Shown: positions 12,657 through 24,000 of the stretch, one piece after another
How positions within the stretch are numbered: position 1 is the first letter of the stretch
Layout of the letters: every line of letters begins with the position of its first letter
Assembly: GCA_037447605.1 (NCBI GenBank)
Contig: CM074817.1
Location: forward strand, 1,798,001-1,862,000
Reading direction: 5' to 3'
DNA length: 64,000 nt
Source of the DNA: Zygnema circumcarinatum SAG 698-1b
Taxonomy: Eukaryota; Plantae; Zygnematophyceae
Notes under the pieces: model-generated
The model's database searches: none
The model's input: only the letters and a program-made list of their open reading frames with translations
What the model was told of the DNA's origin: nothing
Program-made: the position numbers and the translations under genes

Positions 12657-13475
12657 TTATTTTTTTGTTGCGTTGATGGAGAAGGTCGCCCATTGCTCCT
12701 TTGCAGAACTGGGCACAGCATATGGGGGTTGAATATGTGGCCACTGTGCATATATCGCGATCCAGGGATGTACATCATCCTGATACAAACCAAGCAGAGG
12801 CAGCTTAGGTATATAAGCAATTACGCACATGAACATTTTTTTAAAACCCAAATTTTGTATTTCGAATAGTACCATCAACACAAATAACAAGCATTTCTGT
12901 AAAACAATCCGCAAGGGAAAGCCATATATGCACAGGGTGCTGTTTGCAGGAGCTTGCCCACCATTCTGAAGCTGTCTTGTTCAATATACATAGCTTCTGC
13001 ATGCTCCTCTGGCAAGAACTAACGCCCCAACAACCTAATTTCAGAAGTGAATGAAGCATTTACTTCCTATGTTTTTCAGAAAAGATTATTAGCTGAGACT
13101 TAAGAAATGCGTAGCCGAAAAGCCGTGAAAAACCCTAAAAGCCCTAAAAACATTAAAACCCTAAATACTCTAAAATGAAACCCAGAAGGACTTATGGACC
13201 CATGGATACAAAAAAATAGGATTGTTTTGTACCGGAGTGCGAGGCTACGCCTTCGTCTGAGAGACGGTCAGAGACGACGTCGGTGTTGTCGTCGACTGTA
13301 GATATATGTGTCGATTCTTGCGCAGTTTCCAGTTCTGTAAATGTTACTCTTCAGGGAAACCGTTATTCGCCCGGTACAATATTTGGAGATGCATTGTACG
13401 GACAGAAGTTGGATTGTCGTATTAGTACTTACGGACAGTGAGCTTCAAGGTCCAGTCCTTCCTGTCGTCTAACGA
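12657..13475 (-). pseudogene. Unrecognised multi-exon gene, copy 1, convergent with ptrB; damaged
   Basis: Candidate exons ~13475-13433 (KDWTLKLTV, GTAAGT donor), ~13337-13232, ~13011-12931 (1-bp insertion; donor mutated to AT) and ~12806-12657 (LPLLGLYQDDVHPWIAIYAQWPHIQPPYAV...). Splice phases are compatible. Confidence 0.5.
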
Positions 13476-13652
13476 GGGAGGGAGAGAGGGGGAGAGACAT
13501 GGTTCATTGTTGTAAATGGTTCTTCGTGTTGTGCTTCGCACTGATGTTAGCATTCCAATTTGCTATTTGCTTGTCTTACTTTACTTAGTTCTTTACAACA
13601 CAGAGGCAGAGGGTTGCAGCTGGCCTCGTAGCGCACTTCCATACAAATACAG

Positions 13653-13676
13653 TTTAGGTTTAGGTTTAGGTTTAGG
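13653..13676 (+). repeat. (TTTAGG)4 telomere-like array at a rearrangement junction
   Basis: tttaggtttaggtttaggtttagg directly beside the inverted ptrB fragment. Confidence 0.8.
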
Positions 13677-13684
13677 CTCCAGGT

Positions 13685-14135
13685 AGTGAGGCGAGTACCG
13701 AGTGTCATTCAAAGCGACAGTGAGGAACACTGCCGGATACTTTCTTCCTGTCTGAATGTTGGCATAAGGAGAATAGCCAAAGAGGAAGCACTCCCGCTTC
13801 TGCAGGACTCCCCCACTCCTCATACTCGTGGGCAGTAAGCGGCAGCTCCTCATTCAGCATGCTACTGCACACATCAAAAAATGGCACCTGCCTCCCTTCA
13901 CCGTAGAGGCAATCTAAGCTTCAGACTCACGTGCAATGTGTGTTCTGCAACGAGTCTAAACGGCATTTCCACTGCCTGCTATGCGATGAGCTCATCCTCT
14001 CCCATTGACCCACGCATGGCAATGCTCTAAAATGAGAGACTGAAAAATCAAAGCCTTGCAAATCTTTGGAAAAGAGCAGTGAATCTTGCCTTTAGCAGTA
14101 GGGCCTGAAAAAGTTCCGGTTCCATGTTGGCCACG
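13685..14135 (-). pseudogene. ptrB: Inverted, frameshifted fragment of oligopeptidase B (third copy)
   Basis: Reverse complement matches ~11555-12030, including the GC-AG intron and the VPF(L/F)DV..EYEEWG exon. The frame is broken after EEWGSPA. Confidence 0.88.
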
Positions 14136-14273
14136 GGATATCCCGATATATCCAAAACAGAGGGGGACGAGATATCCAAAATAGGGGACCCTGAAAAAAT
14201 TCCGGTTCCATGTTGGCCACGGGATATCCCGATATATCCAAAACAGGGGGGACGGGATATCCAAAATAGGGGA
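14104..14273 (+). repeat. 86-bp tandem duplication joining a ptrB exon piece to TIR-like tatccaaaa..ggggg sequence
   Basis: Units start at 14104 and 14190: cctgaaaaa.ttccggttccatgttggccacgggatatcccgatatatccaaaacag... Confidence 0.85.
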
Positions 14274-14538
14274 CTCAGACCTTGACCATCGCTTACGAAA
14301 TGATTGAATTCCTTTTACTAAATGTCAGTTCCGGGTCGGGATCCGCGGCTCCGCCGAGCCTAGCCGTATCGAAATGCGTACCTAGCCAGTGCTTAATTCG
14401 CCCGACAGGCTTACGAAATTGATTTGGCGATGGTCAAGGTCTGACTCCCACGACCCGGAATTCGTACACGAAAGAAGTGACTTTTAGTATAAGGAATTCG
14501 GGAATTTCGTAAGCGATGGTCAAAGGTCTGACTCCCCC
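14269..14538. mobile_element. MITE, ~33-bp TIRs, TA on both flanks
   Basis: TA|GGGGACTCAGACCTTGACCATCGCTTACGAAAT ... ATTTCGTAAGCGATGGTCAAAGGTCTGACTCCCCC|TA. An internal partial TIR lies at ~14412-14450. Confidence 0.8.
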
Positions 14539-14668
14539 TATTATTATTATTATTATTATTAATGGGAGAGAGGGAAATCCAAACAGTGGGGAGGGTATCC
14601 AATTTTTGGGGGGTGGGGGGCGCGGGGGGGGGGGGGGGTATATCAACTTGAGGTTGAACTTGAACTTC

Positions 14669-15608
14669 AAGTCAACTTGAGGCATACCCAAACTGCGCAG
14701 TGGAGCTGGAGCAGATCATAAGCAAACCAAGCATCAGCTGAATGGCAATCACCCTGCAACACCACATCCAGAAAGTCTGCCTTCACTTAATTCTGCTGCA
14801 TGTCATCAATATGCCCAAACGTAGCTGGCCAAATAGTTAAGCCGCTATGGCTGCATCATTCTTCCTTCACCTCCCTCCAAGAAAGCCAAAGCAACTACGA
14901 TCACCAAACTGACCATGATTTCCTGCAGCCAATAGCGGGATGGAAGACGGTATCCACTATGGGACTCCAAAGGAGCTTCATTGCATACGGGTAGCCTGCG
15001 AGGGAGAACATGCTGTCCAAGGACAACGGCGACAGTGAGGACACTAAAGGGGCAGAGCGAGGCGGCCATCAAAGGGACTAACTGGGGAGTTGAAGAAGCG
15101 CGCACCCAATTTCAGTGTAGCTGGCCCTAGCTTTGAGAATGAATGGAATGCTTCCACTGGACAGCCCCAAAGGCACTCCCTGGAGGGCATCTGCACATCC
15201 TCACACCCCTCAGATTTTCGCGATTCTGCGAGATTTTTTTTTTTTTTTTGAAAATTGACCAGAATGTGGTCAATAATTCTACACCATCACACTCTCCCAA
15301 CGTTTCTGAAAACCCTTCTCTTCTCGCCGATCAGTAATAGGGAGAAGAGCAGGTATGACATTGATAAATCTGCCGATTATGCAGGTGACCATATGGCATC
15401 AGAGCTGAAGAGCAGGAGAACGAGAATATCAGAAAAGGAAGGAGGGTCCTCACAAAGCATCACAAGAAGCGCCATGTTTGCGGCATCAGGAAACTCCTCT
15501 TCTAATCCCCCTCCAGCTCTTGCTGTCAGGGCTGCCTCCCTGGAGGCCCTCCTCTAGCGCCACCAGCCGCCCTGAGCTGTGGCTCGCCTTCCTCAAGCGC
15601 GCATCCAT
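14669..15608 (-). pseudogene. SLC33A1: Truncated AT-1 copy (first four exons only), frameshifted
   Basis: Matches 7062-8024. A 2-bp deletion in exon 1 (gtttcctgatg vs gtttcctctgatg) gives an early stop. The copy ends in intron 4 at the duplication breakpoint. Confidence 0.85.
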
Positions 15609-15807
15609 GGCGGCCTATTCACCTCTCCCCTAACTTGTCTCAAGAACGCACCTCCGCAGTTAGGGTTTGTCCATCTCCCGCCATGATTTCTTTTCCCTTC
15701 GCTCTCTCCCTCTCGCTCCGTACAGGAAAGATGCTTGATGCTCTTCCGCTTCCAGGTCGTATATCTCCCTCGCTCTCTCCCTCTCCCGAGGCAAAGTCAA
15801 CGCGGCG

Positions 15808-18800
15808 ATGCATCCCGCTCGCTTCGCCTCACTGCGGCAGGCCTTGCATGCCACTTGTCGCTTGGTCAGGGCCTCTTCCCTTCCGGCTTCTGCAAAGCCT
15901 AGAAGTAGTGCTGCTAAGGGAGGAGTGATAGAAGCGCCTGTGGCGGAAAAGGAGGCCTGTGAGAGGAGGGCGTATGGCATCGGCTGGGAGGATCCCTTTG
16001 CATGGATGGAAAATCTGGAGGATCCAAGAATGCTGGCGCACTTGCAGAGAGAGAATCGGTATGTGGAGGCAGCCATGGCTGACACGAGGAAGCTGCAGCG
16101 CAACCTCCTGCAAGAGATGAAGGCGCGCATGGCAACAATGGATGGTACACCGCCGGAAGTTTGGGGAGACTGGTGAGTTTCTTGAGAAATCATAAGGTAT
16201 CAGAGTTGAGTCTGTATTTTGTCCAAATGCAGTTTCTCGTCTCGCACAGGCCCTTGTGGACTTTTTCTGAACATGCTTCCGTTTTTCGCTGTCAGTCGGA
16301 TGCAGCAGAATGCCTGCAGTGTGCTGCTTCAGTCACTGAGATGTAATTCCCACCACTGGGATATCTGAAAATTTCACAAGGAAATGTTTCGTTTTAGAAG
16401 AAGACTCCTAGAAGATATTTTTGGAACTTTTTAAAGGTTTTATACTTTAGTAAAGTGATTTCAGGTATTACTACATTTACAATCCAGAGGGTGGAGAGTG
16501 CCCTGCATTCTACCGCTCTCGCCGCTTTGTTCCCGAGCCAGTAAATGGTGTGGACGAGAGATCAACCGATGCAAACCATACAAAAGGCTCTGGAGGGTGG
16601 TGGAAGCGATTGCAAAGCACTCTCAACCGTTTGTGTTATTGTGGAGTAAATGAATCAACTCAGCCTGCAGTCGAAGTGGTCTTTGAGCCAGCCGAATTGG
16701 CGGAGTTATATGGCATGGTGCCCAAACCTTCCTCCTCTCGCATGCATTCAATGTATTTGAGAGCATAAGCTTAAGGGGGTGAAAGGCATTGGAAGCCATG
16801 AAAATGCAAAACTGGGGCAGCAAAGAAACCGCATAGAGTGTGAAATGTGCATCGTGTCACATGAGCAGCTTAGCGAGGCAAGGAACAAAGGCTGTATTTT
16901 GAAGCTTGCCATTTGTGCTGTATGCAGGCCAGTTTCGAATTGGAATGTTACGCATATCCTCGGATCACCGCTGGGTTGCTCTCACCATCGATTCGTCTGG
17001 TCAAGAAAAGTACATGCTGGTCTTGAAAGATTTGCAAAGTGGGGATATTCAAATGCAGCACTGCATCCCAGGAGTCTTTAGTGTGGAGTGGGCAGCTGAT
17101 GGCCGTACCTTCTTCTACACAGAGCTCAATAATCTGCCACGCCCATACAGGTAATGCAAGCACGGAGCCGCACATCTATAGGGAATGCAATTGGGATTTG
17201 AACTTTTTTGTATCCAAAAATGGTAGCGACATCATAAAATGTTTTGTGGGGTGCTGCAGAGTCCGTCGTCGCACAGTGGAGGCAGGAGAGGGGGAGGAGG
17301 ATGAGGTAGTATTGGAATGTGAGGACCCGGGCAAGTACATCGACATCTCACGCACAAAAGACTGGCACTTTCTCACCTTGAGTGTCAAGTCCAAAACATC
17401 TACAGAGGTAACCTCTTGCTTAGACCAAGTTGAAAGGTTCAAACTGGGGGTTGTCATGTCTCGCCTGGTCATTATCATTTTGCAAGGGATGATTTAATGC
17501 GTCAGAGAGGTTCAGCTCTCGATTCCCATTGAAACATTTCAAATTGCATTCCTGCCTTAAACTAAACAGACTGCCTCCATATTCCATTTGCATGATGCTT
17601 GCCAGGTCTTTCTGGTGAATGCTCGGGAACCTTCCGAACCTCCGCGATTGGTCGAGCCCCGTATGCCACACGTGCAGTACTTTGTGGAGCATCATAGAGA
17701 CCATTTCTATATCATCACCAATGGGGCAGAGGGAAGTAAGGGCGAATATCAGCTCGTGCGAACACCTGAAGACAAGCCTGGACGTTCCAACTGGCAGGTA
17801 ATAATCACTTGCATGTTGCAAATCATTGATTGTGGTTGGTCAGCATTTTAAGGAAACATTGTTGGTCCATACTATATTTCCTGTATTTTCTCGTATCTTC
17901 AAGGACATTGTTAGAAGTGATGTTTGGTGTGTGTGTGGTGGGTCAGCCAGTTTTGGACTCAGAGGGAGCTTATTTTGTCGCACTTGAAGATATGGAGGTG
18001 TTTGAGAGCCATGCAGTCCTGTTCAGACGAAGGAAGGGTCTACCGGAAATTGCCATTCTTGACCTGCCCCTTGAGGAGTTTTCCATCCCTCTGCCTCCTT
18101 CAAAACTTCGAACAGTGTCTTTGCCACAAACTGTTTGCTACATCGTAATGGGCATCAACAAAGATTTCAACAGCAAGCATCTCCGGTTTTCACTTTCATC
18201 ACCCAAAGTGAGAACTTGCACTGCTTCCCCATTCGCTGAATATCGGATGTTTGTGCCGCAGTTTAGATCTTTGGGTATTGAAAAAAAATTCTGAACTCAG
18301 TTTTCGGGGCATATGTGCAGATGCCTTATGCTTCTTTTGACCTCCATCTACCAACTGGGCAGCTTACTTTACTCTCACAGCAGTCATTGCTGTCCATTCC
18401 TGAGCAGCTGCGAAACGCACTCAGAATCATCAATGGCGCTGGGGAAGCAGCTTTGGCAGTGAAGCCTTTGGTAGTGGATGAAGGCCCAAAGGCTCAAGGT
18501 GAAAGTGGAGACAAGGAGAAGTCTCTTGTGGGTTTGATCGACGAAATTTCATGCGAAAGGGTTGAGGTTGACTCCCATGATGGAGTGAGAGTGCCGCTTA
18601 CGATTGTGCGGTTGCAAGGACTGCCACAAGATGGGCTTGGCCCTGCCCTTGTGGAGGGCTATGGGGCATATGGGCAGTGTTTTCCTACAGAGTGGTGCCC
18701 CAACCGGCTGAGTCTTCTTCAACGGGGTTGGACTCTCGCTTTCGCACACACACGGTAGTGCCACCACCTAGATGGAAAGAAAACTCTCACGAAAGCAAGT

Positions 18801-19960
18801 AATAGAAAAGTGGGAGGGGGAGGGGGGGGGGGGGGGGGGGGGGNNNNNNNNNNGGGGGGGTGGGGTACAGAATGTCGCCGCCTTTCATGGTTTTTCAATC
18901 AACCTCTCTCACTCTCAAATACCCCTACAAACCCGGAAAACCCTAATCGGCAAGGCTGATGAAAGTGTAGGTGCTCTGCAGGGGAGGCGGTGAGTTAGGG
19001 AGGGCCTGGTATGCGTCAGGAAGGTTGCAGCAGAAGGAGAATTCCTTTAAAGATTTTCTCTCTTGTGCTCATCTTCTGCTGGAGGAGGGATATGCCGCTC
19101 GTGGGAGGTTGGCGGGGAAGGGGACAAGTGCAGGGGGGCTTCTGCTTGCAGGCGTGGCCAACATGGAACCGGAACTTTTTCGGGCCCTAGTGCTAAATGC
19201 AAGATTCACTTCTCTTTTCCAAATATTTGCAAGGCTTTGATTTGGCTTTGCAGTTTTATTTTAGAACATTGCCATGCGTCGGTCAATGAGAGAGGATGAG
19301 CTCATTTCGTAGCAGGCAGTGGAAATGCCGTTTTAGACTCGTTGCAGAACACCAATTGCACGGAGTCTGAAGCTTAGACTGCCTCTGCGGTGAAGGGAGG
19401 CAGGTGCCATTTTTGGATGTGTGCAGTAGCATGCTGAATGAGGAGTTGCCGCTTACTGCCCACGACTATGAGGAGTGGGGGAATCCTGCGCAAGAGGGAG
19501 TGCTTCAGCGCCTTTTTGGCTATTCTCCTTATGCCAACATTCAGGCAGGAAGAAAGTATCCGGCAGTGTTCCTCACTGCCGCTTTGAATGACACTCGGTA
19601 CACCCCTCACCCCTCATGTCTCCATGTCCCTTCGACCTCACATTGCAACATTTTAGTGTGCTACCATTAGTTCGTGACCTAAAGCTGATTCTTGAACCTG
19701 CATTGCCTTTGCCAGCACTTAACACCACGCCTGTTTCTGTTGTTGCTGTGAGCAGAGTAGGGTGCTGGGAAGCTGCCAAGTGGGCTGCTCGGCTCCGTGA
19801 CGTCACGGAGTGCGGCGAGGGAAGGGAGGTGCTGCTAAGAACGAGCTTCGACTGCGGCCACAGAGGGGCCGTAGGGATCGACCGCCGCCTGGAGGAGAGC
19901 GCGCTCGAGTACGCCTTCCTGCTGAAGTATAATGGGGGGGAGGGCCCGCGAACGCCTTGA
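15808..19960 (+). CDS. ptrB: Oligopeptidase B (S9A), copy 2, reading frame apparently intact
   Basis: Same exons as copy 1, with no frameshift seen. GTSAGG, LNDTR and CGHRG (triad residues) are retained. The GC donor context is altered from AAG|GC to AAT|GC. Confidence 0.82.
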
Positions 19961-20081
19961 GATGGGTCTCGGAAAGGGAAGGGAGAAGGGAGAAGGGAGA
20001 AGGGAGGGGAGGGGAGGGAGGGGAAAGGGAGGGGAGTGTTCATTTGGGTTTGGGGAGGAGAAGGAATTTTTTGTTGCCTGG

Positions 20082-20640
20082 TTATTTTTTTATTTTTATT
20101 TTTGCGTTGACGGAGAAGGTCAAGGTCTCCCATTGCTCCTTTGCAGAACTGGGCACAACAGCATATGGGGGTTGAATATGTGGCCACTGTGCATATATCG
20201 CGATCCAGGGATGTCCATCATCCGCATACAAACCAAGCAGAGGCAGCTGAGGTATATAAGCAATTACGCACATGAACGATCTTTTTGAAACCCAAATTTT
20301 ATATTTCAGATAGTACCATCAACACAAATAACAAGCATTTCTTTAACAAAACCCGCAAGAGAAAACCATACATGCAGATGGTGCTGTTTCAGGAGCTTGC
20401 TCACCACTCTCAAGCTGTCTTCTTCAGTATACATAGCTTCTGCATGCTCCTCTGGCGAGAATCACCGCCCCATCAGGCTAACGCCAGAAGTGAATGCAGC
20501 ATTTACTCTCCGAGTTCTTCAGAAAAAATTATAAGCTGAGATTCTACGACTTCGTCTGAGGTGCGGGCAGAGAGGACTCCGGTGTTGTTCTTGACTGAAG
20601 GTATATGTGTAGATTTTTGCGCAGTTTTCAGGTCTGAACA
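20082..20640 (-). pseudogene. Unrecognised multi-exon gene, copy 2, 5'-truncated
   Basis: Clean exon 20451-20372 (AG..EHAEAMYTEEDSLRVVSKLLKQHHLH..GTATGG) and exon 20246-20082 (LPLLGLYADDGHPWIAIYAQWPHIQPPYAVV...). The upstream exon has lost its donor through deletion. Confidence 0.5.
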
Positions 20641-21033
20641 TATTGAACTTCATGCAAACCGTTATCCGCCCAGTGGGTTGTGGTGCCTAAACAACTTTGG
20701 TGTCTTTGGCTGTTCTTCATTTTTTTTGGAGAACTATATACCGCCCCCCTTTTTTGGTTATCCCGCCACTGTGTTTTTGAAATCCGACCCTCCCATTTCG
20801 GCTATTCTGCCCCCTTCCCCCATTAGGGGGAGTCAGACCTTGACCATCGCCCGCGGAATTGAAAGATTCCGCCGGCGGAAAGGTATTGATTTCGATTGCA
20901 GAATTCGGTTCGGAAACCGCGGCTCCCTCCGAACCTGTCTGTCCCGTCCGTACTTCGAAATAGGTTACAAAAATGAGATACAGGCTCGGCGCCCGAGCCT
21001 GTCGAACGTCCACTTTTGGCGAAANNNNNNNNN

Positions 21034-24000
21034 NCTCCCATCGCTACGGTAGACCTTTAGCAAGCCCACATGAAAGACCGGATGCACCTTCATGTGGGAT
21101 GGTAAATCCAACCTGTAAGCGACATCATTGATTCGCTTCACGACCTTAAAAGGTCCGATGAAGCGGGGCCACAGCTTACGTGTTCCGCCATAAGCTTTGA
21201 GTCTCAAGTTCGCCGTACTTAGCAACACCTCATCGCCTTCGTTGAAGGTGAGTTGGGTACGGTGACGGTCAGCATAGGCCTTTTGTCGCGACTGGGCCGC
21301 TAGCAGGGTCTGCCGTGCCCTCTGCAGCGCCTCAGACATTAGTCGGACAAAAGATCTGACTGCGGGAGGTTGAGTCCCATCAGTCCCTCTCAGCTTCCAA
21401 GGATCGGGGGTTCTGTGGACGCCCATGTTCCACGGATCAGGGGGCTGATCCCTTGGTTGCAGGGGATTTAGAGGATGCTGGCCAAANNNNNNNNNNCCTG
21501 TACGGAGGATCGTGCATCTCACTCAGTATGAGCTGCCGTACAGATCCAGCCTTGGGTACGACTAACTGCTTATCGTGGTACCAAAAACCGTCCCGAAGCA
21601 CGAGCTTGTTCTTATAGCCATTGCCTTGGCCGTCCAGGAACAAAGGATCACCAGTGTACCCCTCCTGGATCATCTGTCTGAAATCAGAGAGAGCAGGAGG
21701 GTTGACTGCGTCACTGGTGGAGGGGTTTATGACAAAACATACTGGAGATGTAAACGCCGGGTTGGCCTACCTTCGCCTCCACCATCTCGCATCACCAACA
21801 CTGAGTCGAGAAAGGCATCATCCGTGCTAGGATGAACGGGTTGCCCCGCCTGGTCCGCCATTTAGCTTCCCTGTGCTCAGATACCCACTGCAATGGAACC
21901 GCTGGAGGAAACTGCATCAAGGCTCGGCCAGCCTCGAAGAGTTCGGCCGAAAAGTGGAGAGTGAACGCCGCTGGATCTGCGTGGTCTCGTGACTGGCCAG
22001 ATCGCCACCGCTTCCTCCAAATAGCAACGCCATGTCCTCAGGGCGTGAACAACGGCCAAGAGCTCCTGCTCTGTGGCTGAGTAGTTTCGCTCAGCTGGGT
22101 TCATCTTGCGACTTTCGTAAGCAAGAGGTTGGTCGTCTTGGAACAAGACCAAGACCCAAAAGTTTAAACCCTGTCATGAGCGTCACCTATGGCAACCGCT
22201 GACACCTAACCTCAAACGTGAGGGAAATGCCTGGCTGGAAGCGATGTCTCTGACCAATGTACGCCGTTCTCAAGACTCGTGTCCATGCATTAATGCCGAC
22301 ACCCGAATTTGTCAAATTGGTAAGAGGTGTTACCAACTTACTAAAGCCTTGGATAAACTTACGAAAATAATTCGCAAATCCAAGAAAAGACCGCAACTGA
22401 TGAAGATCAGCCGGTACAGCCCATGTCTTTACAGCAGACACCTTGGCTGGATCAGGTTTCAGTCCCTGATCGTTCAAGATATGCCCAAGATACAACAACT
22501 CTCGTTGCATGAAGTTACACTTCTTTCGCTTGGCATAAAACGTGTGTTTTCGCAACACCTCGAACACTTTGCGTACATGCACAAGATGTTCAGCGTCCGT
22601 CTTGCTGAATACCAGGATATCATCCAGGTAGACAAGGACAAACTCATCCATGCCGACGAACATTTCGTTCATCACAGCTTGGAATGTAGCCGGAGCGTTG
22701 GTCAGTCCAAAAGGTAGCACCTTGTACTGGAAGTGACCAATCGGCGTCCGAAATGCTGTCTTAGGCACATCGGCATCCGTGACACGGATCTGATGGTACC
22801 CTTGGGCCAAATCGAGCGAGGTGAACACCTTTGCCCCTTGCAGACGATCGAGAAGATCATCTATCCGCGGTAAAGCAAACCTGTTCTTTACCGTGATCTT
22901 ATTGAGTGCTCGATAATCGATGCACATTCGCAAAGACCCATCCTCTACCAACGTAGAGGACGGGAGCCCCAAAGGGACCTCGGCCGGGCTCAACTGTTCT
23001 CTCTCACGCAGGGCACAGTTGCGCCAGATCTCCGCCTCCTTCGACTAAGCCTATGATAAAGCCTCCAAGGAGGTTTCTGTTCTGGCTCAAGGGGTATGGT
23101 ATGCCCCACCCCTTTGGCTGGAGGCAGACCCCTTGGCAGATCGTCTGGGAATACATCCTCAAACGCTTTCAACAAGGGTTGAAACACAGTTGGGACAGTT
23201 GGCATTGTTTCACCCGCAGTGGTTGCCACTCCTGGTCCCCGTCATGAGCGTCCTCGGTTGCCGTCATGACTTGCACCATAAACAAGATGCTACTCGTTTT
23301 TAGTGCTCTGCCCAATTGCATGGCGGAGCACAGAAACGACAAAGATGACCGCGACGAGGCTGGTCCCGAAGGAGTGCCTGGTTGCAGAGTCATGCGTCTT
23401 CCTTCACTGCGGAGGACGCAATTAGGGACAACAAAATCTAACTGAGCGCCCATAAGCGTCAGCCATTTGCTCCCCAAGATCAAGTCCGCTCCCTGGCTAA
23501 TAACGCCAACAAGCAGCTTGACCCCACCCTCCGGAGTAAGATCAATTCAATTTCACGACGCCGCCGAAATCTGCCCGCAGGCCCATCCCCCTCTCGAAAA
23601 GTTACACTATCGACGAGGCCGGACCGCAAAACCCCAAGCAGCTTCCCTCGAGAAAGGCTTCAAGCAATAAAGTTAAGGCCCGCGCTGTCCGCCATATTAA
23701 ACCATCGCTGAAAGTGTCCATCGCCGTAACCCCTCGAAGGTCATAAGACGCATGAGACAAGTGGAAAATGGACCGTAGCACATTCGGTGCGTGGGGGCGC
23801 GCTAACCGCCACACAAGGGAATGAGGAGACTTCACCAGCGCACTGGTGGGAGCTCCAATCACCCACCTAAGAAGGGAGAGAAGCCCTTCTTCCAAAGCTT
23901 TACCACTTTCCACTCAGTCTGTGGATAAGCCTTCACTGCCACGTGTTGTGGGAGCAGTACTCGTAAACTGAGTACATGGTCTTTCGACCGCAGCAAGCGC

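Larger units (their letters stand above)
7062..13375 (+). repeat. Segmental duplication, copy 1 (AT-1 5' exons + oligopeptidase B + unknown convergent gene)
   Basis: Colinear high-identity match to 14669-20670, from aagtcaacttgaggcatacc to gttat(t/c)cgccc. Differences are mostly substitutions. Confidence 0.9.
14669..20670 (+). repeat. Segmental duplication, copy 2
   Basis: Colinear with 7062-13375 (offset ~7.6 kb at the left breakpoint); lacks the equivalent of ~13105-13250. Confidence 0.9.

Noticed and set aside
12092-12820. 242-aa and 201-aa Pro-rich minus-strand ORFs (extensin-like)
   Set aside because: They are antisense to the last ptrB exon and the GGAGG tract, and they span an N gap.
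22244-22717. Plus-strand ORFs over RT regions (also 27225-27632 and 35429-35857)
   Set aside because: They are antisense shadows of the Ty3 reverse transcriptase frames.
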